Source of the DNA: an uncultured virus (IMG/VR IMGVR_UViG_3300011741_000001)
Lineage: Duplodnaviria; Heunggongvirae; Uroviricota; Caudoviricetes
Virus record (IMG/VR): IMGVR_UViG_3300011741_000001
Coordinates: 1-64,000 of that record
Length of the DNA: 64,000 nucleotides
Reading direction: 5' to 3' (one strand)
The notes under the pieces were generated by a model. It searched no databases. It was given only the letters and a program-made list of their open reading frames with translations, and was not told the origin of the DNA. Shown one piece after another: positions 18,706 through 28,851 of this stretch (its first letter is position 1; the number at the start of each line of letters is the position of its first letter). A program made the position numbers and the translations under genes.

Positions 18706-20992
18706 CGCTGCTCTCTTCTTCATCTTCATCGTCTTCTTCCTCATCATCCCAGAGCTCCACGTCCGCTGTAGCGGCTTCGAGTTGTGCCATGACGTCCGAT
18801 TCACTGGTGCCGTAGTAGTCTGACAACAGACGGCTGCGTTTCTTCTCAATCATGAACACACCCAAGCACTCAAGGATGTGGTAGTAAGGTTCTACGGTTG
18901 CAAATGCTGAACGACGCACGTTTGCCACTTTCGCGAGATCCGGCGGAATCCCTGCTTTATCCAACAGGTACTCCGGAACCACCAAGGTGGTGTACTTGCG
19001 GTAGTTAGTTTCTTCGAACCACTGCGTAGCACCATTGCGGATAATCGGGTCTTCGATACTGGCCAGCCAATCGTTGATGGCGGTTTTGTTCTCGAGGTTG
19101 ACCGGAAGTTTCACCGCGTCGTAAGGCGGTTCATCCAGATACCCGTACTTCGGTCCGAAGATGGTGTTGTACATGCGGTGGTAATGGTACTGCTTTTCAT
19201 CCTTCTCGTTGTACGCACTGCGGTCTTTGATGTTGGTGGTTTTCAGATACTCACCGGAACCCGAGACAATGGATTCCATTACGGTGTGTTCGATATTCGC
19301 CACTTTCTCCAACAGATCCAGAATGCGGATTTTCTCACCCGAGGCCACCTGCTGACAGAGTTGTTTGATGGTACGCTTAAACTCTTTCATGATAACCGGT
19401 GGAATGTTCGAGGTACGTAAGGACACACCCTTCACTTCCAGTTCCGGTTCTTTCTTCAGCTGGCCTTCTTGTCCGGTGATAATCGAGAAGTAGTGCTTGG
19501 CTTTGGTGGTCAGGGCAAACGAGTCAAACTTATACTCGTTCTTCATCGCGTACAGGAAGAAGCGTTTCTTCGCCACCCCAATGTTCGCTGACATACTGGC
19601 CATCAAATGACGCAGGTGCTGGGTCGCAATGTAAATCATTGCATCCGACACACGGGTGGCTTCTTCACCGTAATGCTGACCGGTGTACCACTGTGCCCAC
19701 CACTGTGCCGTCATCATCGTGGAGTCCGTATCGGAAACCACACCTACACGACGAATCACATCTGGCATACGCGCGATGTTAATCGGTAGGTTTTTGGTGG
19801 TCAGCACATTCTTAATCAGACGGGCGTACTCACCGATGGTGCGCTGCAGGAACAACGCTGAACGAATCAGCTCTTTGTACTTGGTCTGCTGCTCCCACGG
19901 TAACGGAACTTTGGTTTCTTTATCCGCCAGTTTCACGTCTTTGAACGATTTACCTTTCGGTACGATGTCCGTACGGAACTGGGAGATAATGATCTTCATG
20001 TCACCGTCAATGGACTTCTCGGCGGCTTTCCAGTCGGTGATATCCTCTTCACCGAACATCTCTTTGGAAATCAGCGCTTTGACGAAGCCACGCATGAACT
20101 GGTCGTTGTATTTCGCCAGATGGAAGAAGTCCCCCATGTAGACGAAAGCCGCACGTTCGATCGGGGTGGTGCGTTCCACGTAATGGCGAACACGTTCCAC
20201 ACCTTCGCCGCCACGCCAATAGTTCTGCGACGAATACAGGATAACATCCATGGTTTCGTCGACGGTTGGCAGGTGCAGACCGTAATGCTCCACACAGCCT
20301 TTGAACTCCACGAAGTCTGTCAGGGTAGAGATGGTCAGGAAGTGGTCAACCACACGGCCCGGTGTGTCGTAGTGGCGGTTGCCGCCCAACAGACGTTCGT
20401 TACCGGCGTTACCAAACGAGGTAGCGGTACGACAGGTCGATGTCAACACCGAGTGTGAGGACTGGTTAAAGATAATGGTGTACGGTGAACTGAATGCACC
20501 CGACATCCCGTTGTTCAGGGTCTTAACGGCGTTCTGCTCGTTCTTTTTGTTGGTACCCAATACCTTGTTACCGGCTGCAAAGGCATCCTGCATCTCACCT
20601 TTGATGATGCCACGTTTGGTCACGTTATCCGCGGTGAATTCAGAGAGCTTAGAACGCTTCATGGATTCCGGCAGATAGAACGTCAGTGACGGGGCCGAGA
20701 TAATCTCTTTCTCGATAACCTTACGGAAGAGTTTGTCCACCGTGGTGTATTTCTCTTCGCGGTCACCGGTCTGCTGGTTACGTACCCACATCTTACAGGT
20801 TGGGAACGTGTGTTCCAGCTCACCCCCTTTGGCAAACATCTCATCGAGTTCGGCACGGATAAAGGGGATATCGAATTTACGATCGGTCTCTACATGGATA
20901 AGCCATGCGACCTGTTCTAAGTACGCGTCCTGGACGTCAATGTCGCGGTGGTACTCGTCTTCAGTCAGACGAAAAGGTTCTTGGTAGGTCAC
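18698..20992 (-). CDS. Family-B DNA polymerase, polymerase subunit of a split enzyme (phiKZ gp50-like)
   Basis: QNAVKTLNNGMSG (motif B), VSDTDS (motif C), KAKHY, EVKGV; no N-terminal 3'-5' exonuclease motifs; acidic C-tail. Confidence 0.9.
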   Translation of the reverse strand: MTYQEPFRLTEDEYHRDIDVQDAYLEQVAWLIHVETDRKFDIPFIRAELDEMFAKGGELEHTFPTCKMWVRNQQTGDREEKYTTVDKLFRKVIEKEIISAPSLTFYLPESMKRSKLSEFTADNVTKRGIIKGEMQDAFAAGNKVLGTNKKNEQNAVKTLNNGMSGAFSSPYTIIFNQSSHSVLTSTCRTATSFGNAGNERLLGGNRHYDTPGRVVDHFLTISTLTDFVEFKGCVEHYGLHLPTVDETMDVILYSSQNYWRGGEGVERVRHYVERTTPIERAAFVYMGDFFHLAKYNDQFMRGFVKALISKEMFGEEDITDWKAAEKSIDGDMKIIISQFRTDIVPKGKSFKDVKLADKETKVPLPWEQQTKYKELIRSALFLQRTIGEYARLIKNVLTTKNLPINIARMPDVIRRVGVVSDTDSTMMTAQWWAQWYTGQHYGEEATRVSDAMIYIATQHLRHLMASMSANIGVAKKRFFLYAMKNEYKFDSFALTTKAKHYFSIITGQEGQLKKEPELEVKGVSLRTSNIPPVIMKEFKRTIKQLCQQVASGEKIRILDLLEKVANIEHTVMESIVSGSGEYLKTTNIKDRSAYNEKDEKQYHYHRMYNTIFGPKYGYLDEPPYDAVKLPVNLENKTAINDWLASIEDPIIRNGATQWFEETNYRKYTTLVVPEYLLDKAGIPPDLAKVANVRRSAFATVEPYYHILECLGVFMIEKKRSRLLSDYYGTSESDVMAQLEAATADVELWDDEEEDDEDEEESSDD

Positions 20993-21079
20993 GGTGACTC
21001 CCCGGAGTAATGCTCATCTATAAGACATCCCGCTGACGTGAAAAAAAAAATAACCTACCGCCGAAGCGGTAGGACTATT

Positions 21080-21496
21080 TCAACTCACCGGTGTGGTGGT
21101 ATCGACAATGTCGTACTTCACATCGTTGAGTCCACGGGCTGCCAATGCTTTGGTCAGCTGATCGATTTCATCGCGGTTGGTCAGGGTGACTGTGAAGTTC
21201 ACCTTGAGTTCCGAAACGATTGCAATCGAGCGAATCCACGCATCGGCTACCGCACGCAATTTCCCTTTGCTGTCTTTGAACAGCAGGTAGGTATATTTGC
21301 GCACATTGTTTTCCGGTTTCGCGGCAAGCGTAGAGTAGATGTTGTTGTGCGTGACAAACACATCCTCCACGGTTGACGCCAGTTCGAATCCGCACGTGCC
21401 CTGTACCACCACCCGTGTGTCTGAACCGAGTGCATCGGTATCGTACACAATGTTGATGGTGGTTCCCGCTTCTAGCGTTTTGACATCAACTGTCAT
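21080..21496 (-). CDS. Conserved hypothetical protein (phiKZ gp49 position)
   Basis: ATG 21496 with GAGGG RBS; UUCG terminator at 21053-21072. Confidence 0.75.
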   Translation of the reverse strand: MTVDVKTLEAGTTINIVYDTDALGSDTRVVVQGTCGFELASTVEDVFVTHNNIYSTLAAKPENNVRKYTYLLFKDSKGKLRAVADAWIRSIAIVSELKVNFTVTLTNRDEIDQLTKALAARGLNDVKYDIVDTTTPVS

Positions 21497-22097
21497 TTTC
21501 ACCCTCTTCGATTTCAATCAGCAGCTTCAACTCGAGTGTTCCCCGGTCAATGCCGCGTGTGTTACCTTTGACTTCCATCGACACGATTTTACCGCGGTGG
21601 CAATGCAGGAACGTCTGGATGACGTCACCGAATGCTTCCACCGTGTAGAACCCCAGATCGTTGGCAAAGCGATGCAACGCAAACTCCGTGAAGGCTTCCT
21701 GCGTGGCATCACCGTGCTGACGGATGTTGTTCACAATTTCCCCGATGGGTTCCAGCTCCGCACGCATCGCGTAGTCTGCGGTTGAGGTCTCCATCGCTTC
21801 TTCCATACGCCAACGGCGCAGCTCTTTGTTGAGCGTGAACAGCACGTCATTCATCTGGACTTGGTAAGCCCGTGTCCAGCGTGGAGCGGCGGCAGCGGCT
21901 TCAATCAGCCCTGCGATAATGTGTTGATACAAAGACTCTGCCGTCTGTGTCTCCTCATGAGGGACACGGTACGAAAAGGGCGCGAGACCCTTGAGAACAT
22001 CGTGAACACCGAGCGTGAGCACATGCCCGTTGTTCAGATAAGCCAGCACCCCTATATCCATCCGGTAGGAGACTGGAGAGAGAACTCTGTAAATCAT
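21486..22097 (-). CDS. Hypothetical protein
   Basis: 203 aa, part of an overlapping operon. Confidence 0.7.
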   Translation of the reverse strand: MIYRVLSPVSYRMDIGVLAYLNNGHVLTLGVHDVLKGLAPFSYRVPHEETQTAESLYQHIIAGLIEAAAAAPRWTRAYQVQMNDVLFTLNKELRRWRMEEAMETSTADYAMRAELEPIGEIVNNIRQHGDATQEAFTEFALHRFANDLGFYTVEAFGDVIQTFLHCHRGKIVSMEVKGNTRGIDRGTLELKLLIEIEEGENDS

Positions 22098-22106
22098 ACC
22101 TACCCC

Positions 22107-22607
22107 TTAAACTTCGATGAGGATAAACGCCGTCCTTATCTCGTTCATTTCTAATGTCACTTTAACCTGCTTTTGAAACGCCTCAGGGTCTAATCCCGAC
22201 TGATCGCGTAACGTACCTATCAGATTATAGAGCTCGTTAAACCGCACCAGCTCACCCGACGACACTTCCCACCACGCTTCAATACTCATGCGGACAACAA
22301 CCCAGTCCCCTTTAGAGTGGTGGGCCTGCTTGAGTAGCGCGAGGAGCCTGCGCAAGTCTGGCGGGTTGAACGTAATGAAGTTCCCGCCCGTACACCGTTG
22401 TTGGACTATCTGTTCCACACAAAGCTTTGCATACTCGCTCACGAAGATGTAAAAGAGTTCTGCATTGTTCACGTTATGTTCGTGAACGCGGTTCAAGGCA
22501 TCCTGAACCGTGGGTGAGTGATACACCTCACCCAAACTGAGGTAAAGTCGCATGACAAGACACCACCAAGTTGTGATAATCATCACCGTAGTAAGTGGAA
22601 TACTCAC
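22107..22607 (-). CDS. Hypothetical protein (start may be ATG 22553)
   Basis: ORF in an overlapping operon. Confidence 0.6.
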   Translation of the reverse strand: MSIPLTTVMIITTWWCLVMRLYLSLGEVYHSPTVQDALNRVHEHNVNNAELFYIFVSEYAKLCVEQIVQQRCTGGNFITFNPPDLRRLLALLKQAHHSKGDWVVVRMSIEAWWEVSSGELVRFNELYNLIGTLRDQSGLDPEAFQKQVKVTLEMNEIRTAFILIEV

Positions 22608-23097
22608 CCGGCATCAAATCCAACATCACACCATAGAGCCCGGTTAAGGTCTCCTGTTCGGTTGTGAACAGGTTCGCTATCACCTCCATCGCTTTCTGGT
22701 GTTGTTCGTCGTCCCCATAACAGAAAGGCAAGACCTGTGCCGCACTGAACGTTTTGGCAAAGGCGTCGGTCTGTAAACTGCTGACCGGTAGCCCGTTCTT
22801 TATCTGGTACGTCGAGATATCAATCCCGTCATCCAGAATCTGGGTTTCCCAACCACCTGTTGGGTCAAGGGAGTCTTCGAACAGCAACTCCATCAGCAAC
22901 GACACATCGTTGGCTTTGGAGGCCAGTACGTACGCGAAGATATAGCGCTGGTACAACCCCACAACAGAACGGTCATCCTCGTTAATCGATAAGTTGGACT
23001 CCGTCATAATTGTGCGGATGTGTTCCCCGACGTGATCTTTAATGCGTCCGGCACCGAACTCCATAATGCGGTCGCACAGACTGTAGAGCACAATCAT
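22528..23097 (-). CDS. Hypothetical protein
   Basis: 189 aa, ATGA overlap with the upstream gene. Confidence 0.7.
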   Translation of the reverse strand: MIVLYSLCDRIMEFGAGRIKDHVGEHIRTIMTESNLSINEDDRSVVGLYQRYIFAYVLASKANDVSLLMELLFEDSLDPTGGWETQILDDGIDISTYQIKNGLPVSSLQTDAFAKTFSAAQVLPFCYGDDEQHQKAMEVIANLFTTEQETLTGLYGVMLDLMPGEYSTYYGDDYHNLVVSCHATLPQFG

Positions 23098-23594
23098 AGT
23101 TTACCGCCTAAAGAGCCGATGAGTTGGGTGACCACATTGAGCATCCCCGGTGTCGCTTCCGAGGCGAGCAGCCCGTTGTCGAAGTCCGGGTATTTCACTG
23201 TACGAAAATCGACCAGACATTCCACGGAACCCACCGCGACGCTGGAGAACCGTGCACCCATCCATGTCGGGTAACGGGATATCCAGTGGGGTGAACCAGA
23301 CAGTGCAATCACATACTGCTTGGCCGTGTCTTGAATGGCGTTCATGTAGACCTGCGACTCACGCAAGTCCAGCACTTTACCGTGGGTGTTCAGTTCAGTG
23401 GTGATGTAATGCAGCGTGTTCGGCAGCATGTACACCAAATCACCGATACTGCCTTGTTGCATGAATTCAAACGCTTTGTTGATAATGTTGTTCACATCAT
23501 CGTTGATTTCGCGCAGCACCGCATTGGGGTCAAACTCCGAGAGTGGCCCAATGTAGCGCTGGTAATCAGGAATTAAGAAGTAGTGCTCGAACAT
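23094..23594 (-). CDS. Hypothetical protein
   Basis: Track ORF 23094-23699; ATG 23594 with GAGG RBS preferred. Confidence 0.65.
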   Translation of the reverse strand: MFEHYFLIPDYQRYIGPLSEFDPNAVLREINDDVNNIINKAFEFMQQGSIGDLVYMLPNTLHYITTELNTHGKVLDLRESQVYMNAIQDTAKQYVIALSGSPHWISRYPTWMGARFSSVAVGSVECLVDFRTVKYPDFDNGLLASEATPGMLNVVTQLIGSLGGKL

Positions 23595-23977
23595 ATCTCG
23601 TGCCTCAGCGTCAGCATCTTCCAGACCCCGCCACCTTTGTGCCATAACAGCGGATCGGTGTACGGGGTGACCGGGAGCTCTTCGCAGACTGTAGACCACA
23701 TCACTTGTGATTCAGCGATGCCGTTTATAATGGATATGGCTGTTGTGGGATCGGTATCCATGACCAGTGGATGTGTCCACAACAGATCTTTTAGCCAACG
23801 TTGTAAAGCAATTACAGGAATGCCGTAACGACGTCGGTTGAACTCCAACCGGATAACCTGTTCGACATACCAGTCAATCGTGTCCGCATCATCGAAGTAA
23901 CTGACATCGGTGTGTTTGCGGATGATTCCCAGTATCTCTTTATAGGTCTCCGGCATGTAGAGCAGAACCGTCAACAT
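23573..23977 (-). CDS. Hypothetical protein
   Basis: ATG 23977 with GAGGA RBS. Confidence 0.65.
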   Translation of the reverse strand: MLTVLLYMPETYKEILGIIRKHTDVSYFDDADTIDWYVEQVIRLEFNRRRYGIPVIALQRWLKDLLWTHPLVMDTDPTTAISIINGIAESQVMWSTVCEELPVTPYTDPLLWHKGGGVWKMLTLRHEICSSTTS

Positions 23978-24383
23978 GATTTTCAATCCTCATGGGAATA
24001 TAGTAGATGAACTCGCCATCGACGCGGTACCAGATACGGTAGTCCTTTTTCGGCAACACCAATTCTTCGCACAATGCTTCCCGCACTAAAGCCGTTATCA
24101 TCTGCGCTTCAATATGTGTTGTCTTCGGACGCCAGCTTCGACAGATGGTGACGACCACCCGAGAATCCCACACCCCCATTCGGTTATAGTTCGCTATCAA
24201 GTAATCCAGCAAATCCAGAATGATACGACGGACGCTGAACGAGACGTCATAGCCAGTAATCAGAAAGTCCTTGTCAAGAATCTTCTGGTACGCCAGGTTC
24301 GTCACGAACTTGAGACTGGTCACTCGTAGAGAACCGTCCCCGTGGGAACTTGGTTCTGAAATAAACGTGTCGGATATCTTCAC
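23940..24383 (-). CDS. Hypothetical protein (start uncertain)
   Basis: Fills the gap in the operon; overlaps both neighbours. Confidence 0.5.
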   Translation of the reverse strand: MKISDTFISEPSSHGDGSLRVTSLKFVTNLAYQKILDKDFLITGYDVSFSVRRIILDLLDYLIANYNRMGVWDSRVVVTICRSWRPKTTHIEAQMITALVREALCEELVLPKKDYRIWYRVDGEFIYYIPMRIENHVDGSALHAGDL

Positions 24384-24927
24384 CTAAAACAAGCTCCAGA
24401 GAAATGATGCCCCCGCGTGGACCGGTATGTGGAATAATTGTAACGGTCTGATACGGATTAAAGCGCTTGCCCAACCGCTTCAACGACACCATGATGATTT
24501 TCTCTACGTAGGTAGAGAATGCGATGAACTGCTCATCAAACGCCATCTGGGCGAGAGTGGCACGGGCAGGGTAGTTCGGACGATCCACAGCCCGGCGGTC
24601 AATCAGAGTTGGCCCAAAGTACGAGTCTTCACCCCGAATGTTCTGCACGGTGCTAATCAGCTCTACCGGTTCAATGAGACCGAACGCTTCCATCATGTTG
24701 GACATTTCGGCTTGGTTGACCACTTCTGCCAACAAGTCTTCATAACGCGACCCGATGCTCTCGGGGATACTCAGAAACAAATCTTCTAATGCTGTGTGAA
24801 AGAATTGAATGGTTAACTGCTCACGCTGCATACCTGTGGCGGTTATGCAGTGGCCATATAAGGACGATTGGATTGATTCCCAGATCTGACGATGGAGATC
24901 AGCTGGATCGATGAGTAGCTTGACCAC
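24274..24927 (-). CDS. Hypothetical protein
   Basis: 217-aa ORF in the operon. Confidence 0.65.
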   Translation of the reverse strand: MVKLLIDPADLHRQIWESIQSSLYGHCITATGMQREQLTIQFFHTALEDLFLSIPESIGSRYEDLLAEVVNQAEMSNMMEAFGLIEPVELISTVQNIRGEDSYFGPTLIDRRAVDRPNYPARATLAQMAFDEQFIAFSTYVEKIIMVSLKRLGKRFNPYQTVTIIPHTGPRGGIISLELVLGEDIRHVYFRTKFPRGRFSTSDQSQVRDEPGVPEDS

Positions 24928-25160
24928 GTTGTTACAACCCCATTGTAATAGGTAAACGGCTCGGTGTGCTCACGACCGAGAGCGAAAATGAAATCCCACG
25001 CTTGTGTGTCGAAGTACGCCTCCGCCACATTCAGCTCCGACCGTATAATGTCATCATGTTGACCGGGATACATGCTTTCCTGCATGGCGCGTATCAGACG
25101 GGCAGGTGACATATCCACGGGAAGCAGACCAATGTGGAATTCGAAGACAACTAACGTCAC
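24843..25160 (-). CDS. Hypothetical protein, first gene of the operon
   Basis: AAGGAG RBS before GTG. Confidence 0.65.
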   Translation of the reverse strand: MTLVVFEFHIGLLPVDMSPARLIRAMQESMYPGQHDDIIRSELNVAEAYFDTQAWDFIFALGREHTEPFTYYNGVVTTWSSYSSIQLISIVRSGNQSNRPYMATA

Positions 25161-25325
25161 GATAGATTCTCCTTACGGGTTAATACACAGGGATAAAATA
25201 TGTCTTAAATTAATTCGACTGTGCGGTACCGCACAGAATAGCGCTGTAACGTATTTTAAGTGTGGTTAAGGGGTTTGGATGGCGACATGCTATGAAGCCC
25301 GTATAATGAATCTGAGGAGCCTACA

Positions 25326-26138
25326 ATGAACGTTATCGACGCAATGTTGAGGTACGTCCGCAGGGATGTGCCGCAACCGATTCTGCGGGCGGCCTTTGTC
25401 CCTGATAACCTGCGCATGTTGGGTGTGGCCAGCAGCGTGGAAAATGAAGTCATGAACAAAGTCATCCGTCCGTTTGTTATTCCCGAGATTGCCGAAAAAG
25501 GGCAATACATGGAGGTGGACTTAACGTCTGCCAGTTACGAGATTGATAAAATCGATCAGTACAACCGCATCTATTACCTCAGTGAGCAAATCACCGGGGG
25601 TCGTGAACTGATTGCGGCCCACATCGCGGTTACTCCGGTGGCCGGGCAGGCGTACACGTTACCGCCGGCCGGTTCGTATCTCGACGGAACCAGTTCTGGG
25701 GTGCTGCTGTCTGCAAGCCGACTGGTTGACTCCAACTCCGCCCTACCGCGTATCTCGTCGGCTGAAGTGGATATCATGGGGCCAAATGCCGTGGCGATTA
25801 AAGACCCGGGGATGTTCGTGTACGCAACCAAGATTATGGCGCAGTTTGCCATGACCGAGGAGCTCAACGAAATCAAACCGGCGTTCTTCCCGCTGTTCGG
25901 GAAATTCGCGACATTGGCTGTAAAGCAGTATTGCTACCAGAGTCTGATGTTTGACATGGATGCCGGTAAACTCGAACACGGTGTGGAGTTCGGAGCGTTT
26001 AAGAGTAACGTCGAAAACTGGGCAGACGCAGGGGAAATGTTCATGGACATGATCCCGGCGATTACCCGTGCACTGGTGCACAACGACAACACCGGCGACC
26101 GTTACAACTACCTGTCCGGTGGTCGTTTCTCGGTCTAA
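25326..26138 (+). CDS. Conserved protein, probably virion structural (phiKZ gp42 position)
   Basis: 270 aa, GAGGAG RBS, bidirectional terminator at 26155-26180. Confidence 0.75.
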   Translation: MNVIDAMLRYVRRDVPQPILRAAFVPDNLRMLGVASSVENEVMNKVIRPFVIPEIAEKGQYMEVDLTSASYEIDKIDQYNRIYYLSEQITGGRELIAAHIAVTPVAGQAYTLPPAGSYLDGTSSGVLLSASRLVDSNSALPRISSAEVDIMGPNAVAIKDPGMFVYATKIMAQFAMTEELNEIKPAFFPLFGKFATLAVKQYCYQSLMFDMDAGKLEHGVEFGAFKSNVENWADAGEMFMDMIPAITRALVHNDNTGDRYNYLSGGRFSV

Positions 26139-26192
26139 GCAAACAAAAAGAAATACCCCACTTCCGAAAGGAGTGGGGTTTCTTTAATTTTT

Positions 26193-26582
26193 TCACTGCT
26201 GGTTTTGGAATACATCTTTAAGGTGACAGGTGGTGCCGTACTGCCACGCTTCACCGTTTCGCACCACGTCGTCTTGTGCATTCGTCAGACGACGCAGGGA
26301 AATAACGTGTTCTGCCGGTCCCGCGATAGGGAACAAAGGCGTGGTAGTCAAACTACGCACTGCCTGCTTCACGTCATCAAAACCATCTTTCTCTGACCAA
26401 TCGATTTCTGTCCCTTCAGCCAGCGATAGCTGTTGGGTATTGTTGGCCTCGTCCGGGTGCAGGGCAAATCCCCACTGCAGTGAATCCAATAATTGCTTGT
26501 CCAACTCACTGACCGGTTTAATCTTCGACAGTGAATCGGGGTGGGCTCGAATAACGTCTACAGGACGAATTTTGTTACTCAT
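26193..26582 (-). CDS. Hypothetical protein
   Basis: ATG 26582 with AAGGAG RBS; promoter-like motif at 26620-26646. Confidence 0.7.
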   Translation of the reverse strand: MSNKIRPVDVIRAHPDSLSKIKPVSELDKQLLDSLQWGFALHPDEANNTQQLSLAEGTEIDWSEKDGFDDVKQAVRSLTTTPLFPIAGPAEHVISLRRLTNAQDDVVRNGEAWQYGTTCHLKDVFQNQQ

Positions 26583-26647
26583 TTTTCCATCTCCTTCAGA
26601 GAAGCTTTGCACACTCCCCTATACAGAGACTTTGTGCTGTAAAAAAG

Positions 26648-27049
26648 TTAATGGACGTTTTCGAGGTTATTCCCGTAACACCATTGTTTCGACATAAACG
26701 CATCTACCAATAAGGCGAAGACTTCCTCACACGGGAGGGCTTTGTTTGCCAGTGCGGTGCCCATGTGCTCCATGAACTTCGCCAGATGCAAACGGTCTGC
26801 ACGGAGTGTTGGCACTTCCCATTTGGAGATGTTGTACGCGGTGGTAATTACTGGCACCTCTGCGCCCTCTCGAATCACGGGGGTGTCGGTAATCATCTTA
26901 CGGTTTAACCACAAATGGAACTGTGGCCACAATGGTAAGATAGCCAAAACATTGTCGTTCAAAATGGCATCGTAACGGTTGCGTTCCGCGAGGTCAGTCG
27001 GGAAGTATCCGTTATCTAATAAGTCGTACAGATTTGCTGTGTTCATCAT
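26648..27049 (-). CDS. Hypothetical protein
   Basis: 133 aa, AGGAG RBS. Confidence 0.7.
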   Translation of the reverse strand: MMNTANLYDLLDNGYFPTDLAERNRYDAILNDNVLAILPLWPQFHLWLNRKMITDTPVIREGAEVPVITTAYNISKWEVPTLRADRLHLAKFMEHMGTALANKALPCEEVFALLVDAFMSKQWCYGNNLENVH

Positions 27050-27125
27050 CGTCTCCTGTCGGTATCTATATTAAGCGTCCCACGTTGAAAAAAAAAAGAA
27101 AGGCACCCGAAGGTGCCCATCTCAA

Positions 27126-28139
27126 TCACTGGAGCTTGGCACGAATACCTTGCTTCCATTCATCCAACGGGAACAGGTTAAAGACTTCCGGTGGCATTTC
27201 CAGTACGAACACACCCGGGAACTGCTGGTCAGTCCAGAGTAAAGACATGCCCGGACGGAACGACCGCACTTCCGTCAGACGACGTTGCACTTTCTCGACC
27301 CCGTGCATACCCACCGTACCCACGCCCTGTACGTACAGATACGGGATGAGATTGTACATGTGGCGAATCGGTTTCGGTTCCACGTACAAGTCCAGCCACT
27401 TCATTCTCACCTGTTCAAACTCTGGTGACCCCAACATTGGGATGAGGTTGATGGCACGCGCCATTTGCACCGGCTCCATACTTGGGAGCTGACGGGTCAG
27501 GAACGGGGTCTCCACGTCGTGCAGGTTATGGCGAGTAACGTTGCTATGGATAAGCATGCTGATGTGGAGCATCAAACTGATGGCATCCGCTGCGGTGGTG
27601 GGGACTGCTGGAACAGGCAGTTCCGGACGTCCCATCTGGTACCCTATCCACGCACGACTCCGTGTCCACTCCTCCACGCTGTCTGGTTTAGGCGGATTCT
27701 CAAGTTGGCGTAGGCACATTTGTAGATCGCCACGACGGAGTTTAATCGCCCCGTTCATCATTTCAAAGTGGAATGCTTCGCCCGGCACACGCTTCAGGTT
27801 TTTGCTGATACACGGGCCAAAGTGACGGATGAACTCCAGTGCCAAGAAATCGGTTTTCAGGGTAGGACTTTCGTACACCAGACGGTCGTAGTTGTCGAAC
27901 GTGAAGAACGTACGCTGGCGACTGTGAGTCAGTTTAAAACGACCGGTCGGATAGTTCTGCATATCCATCACGGCTGCGTACGCGCGCCAGAACTCAATGT
28001 TCGTTGGCAGTAACGCACGTTGATGCATGTGGAAGTGCTGTGGCAACCAAGGGCGAATACGCTTGGCTTCTACACGGGTGTAGCCGGCTTGCATGATAGA
28101 TGATTCCGCGTCCATACGCGGTGGCTGGTAACGTGACAT
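27126..28139 (-). CDS. Hypothetical early protein
   Basis: ATG 28139 with GAGGA RBS; early promoter motif at 28201; UUCG terminator at 27102-27117. Confidence 0.75.
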   Translation of the reverse strand: MSRYQPPRMDAESSIMQAGYTRVEAKRIRPWLPQHFHMHQRALLPTNIEFWRAYAAVMDMQNYPTGRFKLTHSRQRTFFTFDNYDRLVYESPTLKTDFLALEFIRHFGPCISKNLKRVPGEAFHFEMMNGAIKLRRGDLQMCLRQLENPPKPDSVEEWTRSRAWIGYQMGRPELPVPAVPTTAADAISLMLHISMLIHSNVTRHNLHDVETPFLTRQLPSMEPVQMARAINLIPMLGSPEFEQVRMKWLDLYVEPKPIRHMYNLIPYLYVQGVGTVGMHGVEKVQRRLTEVRSFRPGMSLLWTDQQFPGVFVLEMPPEVFNLFPLDEWKQGIRAKLQ

Positions 28140-28200
28140 AGGTGTTCCTCTTATAGTCGACTGAAGGTAAACTGAGTTCTTAGATAGAACTCTCACTACG

Positions 28201-28212
28201 ATAATATCTATC
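28201..28212 (-). promoter_or_regulatory. Putative early (virion RNAP) promoter GATAGATATTAT
   Basis: Identical 12-mer at 7018, 28201, 35411, 49497 and 50263; variants at 3324, 8431, 16426, 16514. Confidence 0.75.
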
Positions 28213-28231
28213 CCAAATAAAATAGAGAATT

Positions 28232-28254
28232 CCCTACACCAAAAAGGTGTAGGG
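28232..28254. terminator. Hairpin closing the tRNA/ncRNA region
   Basis: CCCTACACC-aaaaa-GGTGTAGGG perfect 9-bp stem. Confidence 0.65.
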
Positions 28255-28257
28255 TTT

Positions 28258-28652
28258 CCCTGGGTGTTGGCTACATCGAGTCACTGCAGATGCCTTTTAC
28301 GGGATGGGTCAAGTCCCGACATCTTTTATTAGCTGGGTGCTAATTCGGTTTGAACTCCGTTGGGAGTTCAGCGGGTCGGCTGACACAGTTAGTATCCAAA
28401 GATAGAAACATACCGACCTGCTAAACGTAAGACAGACTGAGGTCCAGTAATGGCTCAGTGCGTTCGGCAAAATTAAAAACCTATTCAGCCTCAGTCTGAA
28501 TTTGAATCCGGAACAACGGACACACCGCGTGAGGTTACACGACGGTTTTGCAGGGTTCATTGTCCCGAAAGGGTATTGCTCTGAGATGACCTAGCACGCA
28601 TGTGTTAGTTGGAGTTTTTCCGGAACGTCAACCTTCGGAAACCTCAGTGCAA
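28258..28652. ncRNA. Candidate ~390-nt structured non-coding RNA
   Basis: No credible ORF; stems TGAACTCC/GGAGTTCA, GCGGGTCGG/CCGACCTGC, CAGACTGAGG/CCTCAGTCTG, CGGGAT/GTCCCG, CTAGCAC/GTGTTAG. Confidence 0.55.
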
Positions 28653-28655
28653 ATG

Positions 28656-28731
28656 TGGCGACTCTGGGAGGGCTCGAACCTCCGACATATGGATTAACAG
28701 TCCACCGTTCTACCGACTGAACTACAGAGTC
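28656..28731 (-). tRNA. tRNA-Asn(GTT)
   Basis: Full cloverleaf GACTCTG...GTGGA-CTGTTAA-TCCAT...CAGAGTC-G-CCA. Confidence 0.95.
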
Positions 28732-28851
28732 TAAATTAGTGGTCGCTTGCCCGCTGACATGTCAGCGGACTTCATCTGGGGCCTTGCCCCAAACGTTAAC
28801 ACCCCGCGAACCGAGGATTCGTCAAGAGGGGATGATCCTTTCAACGTGTGT

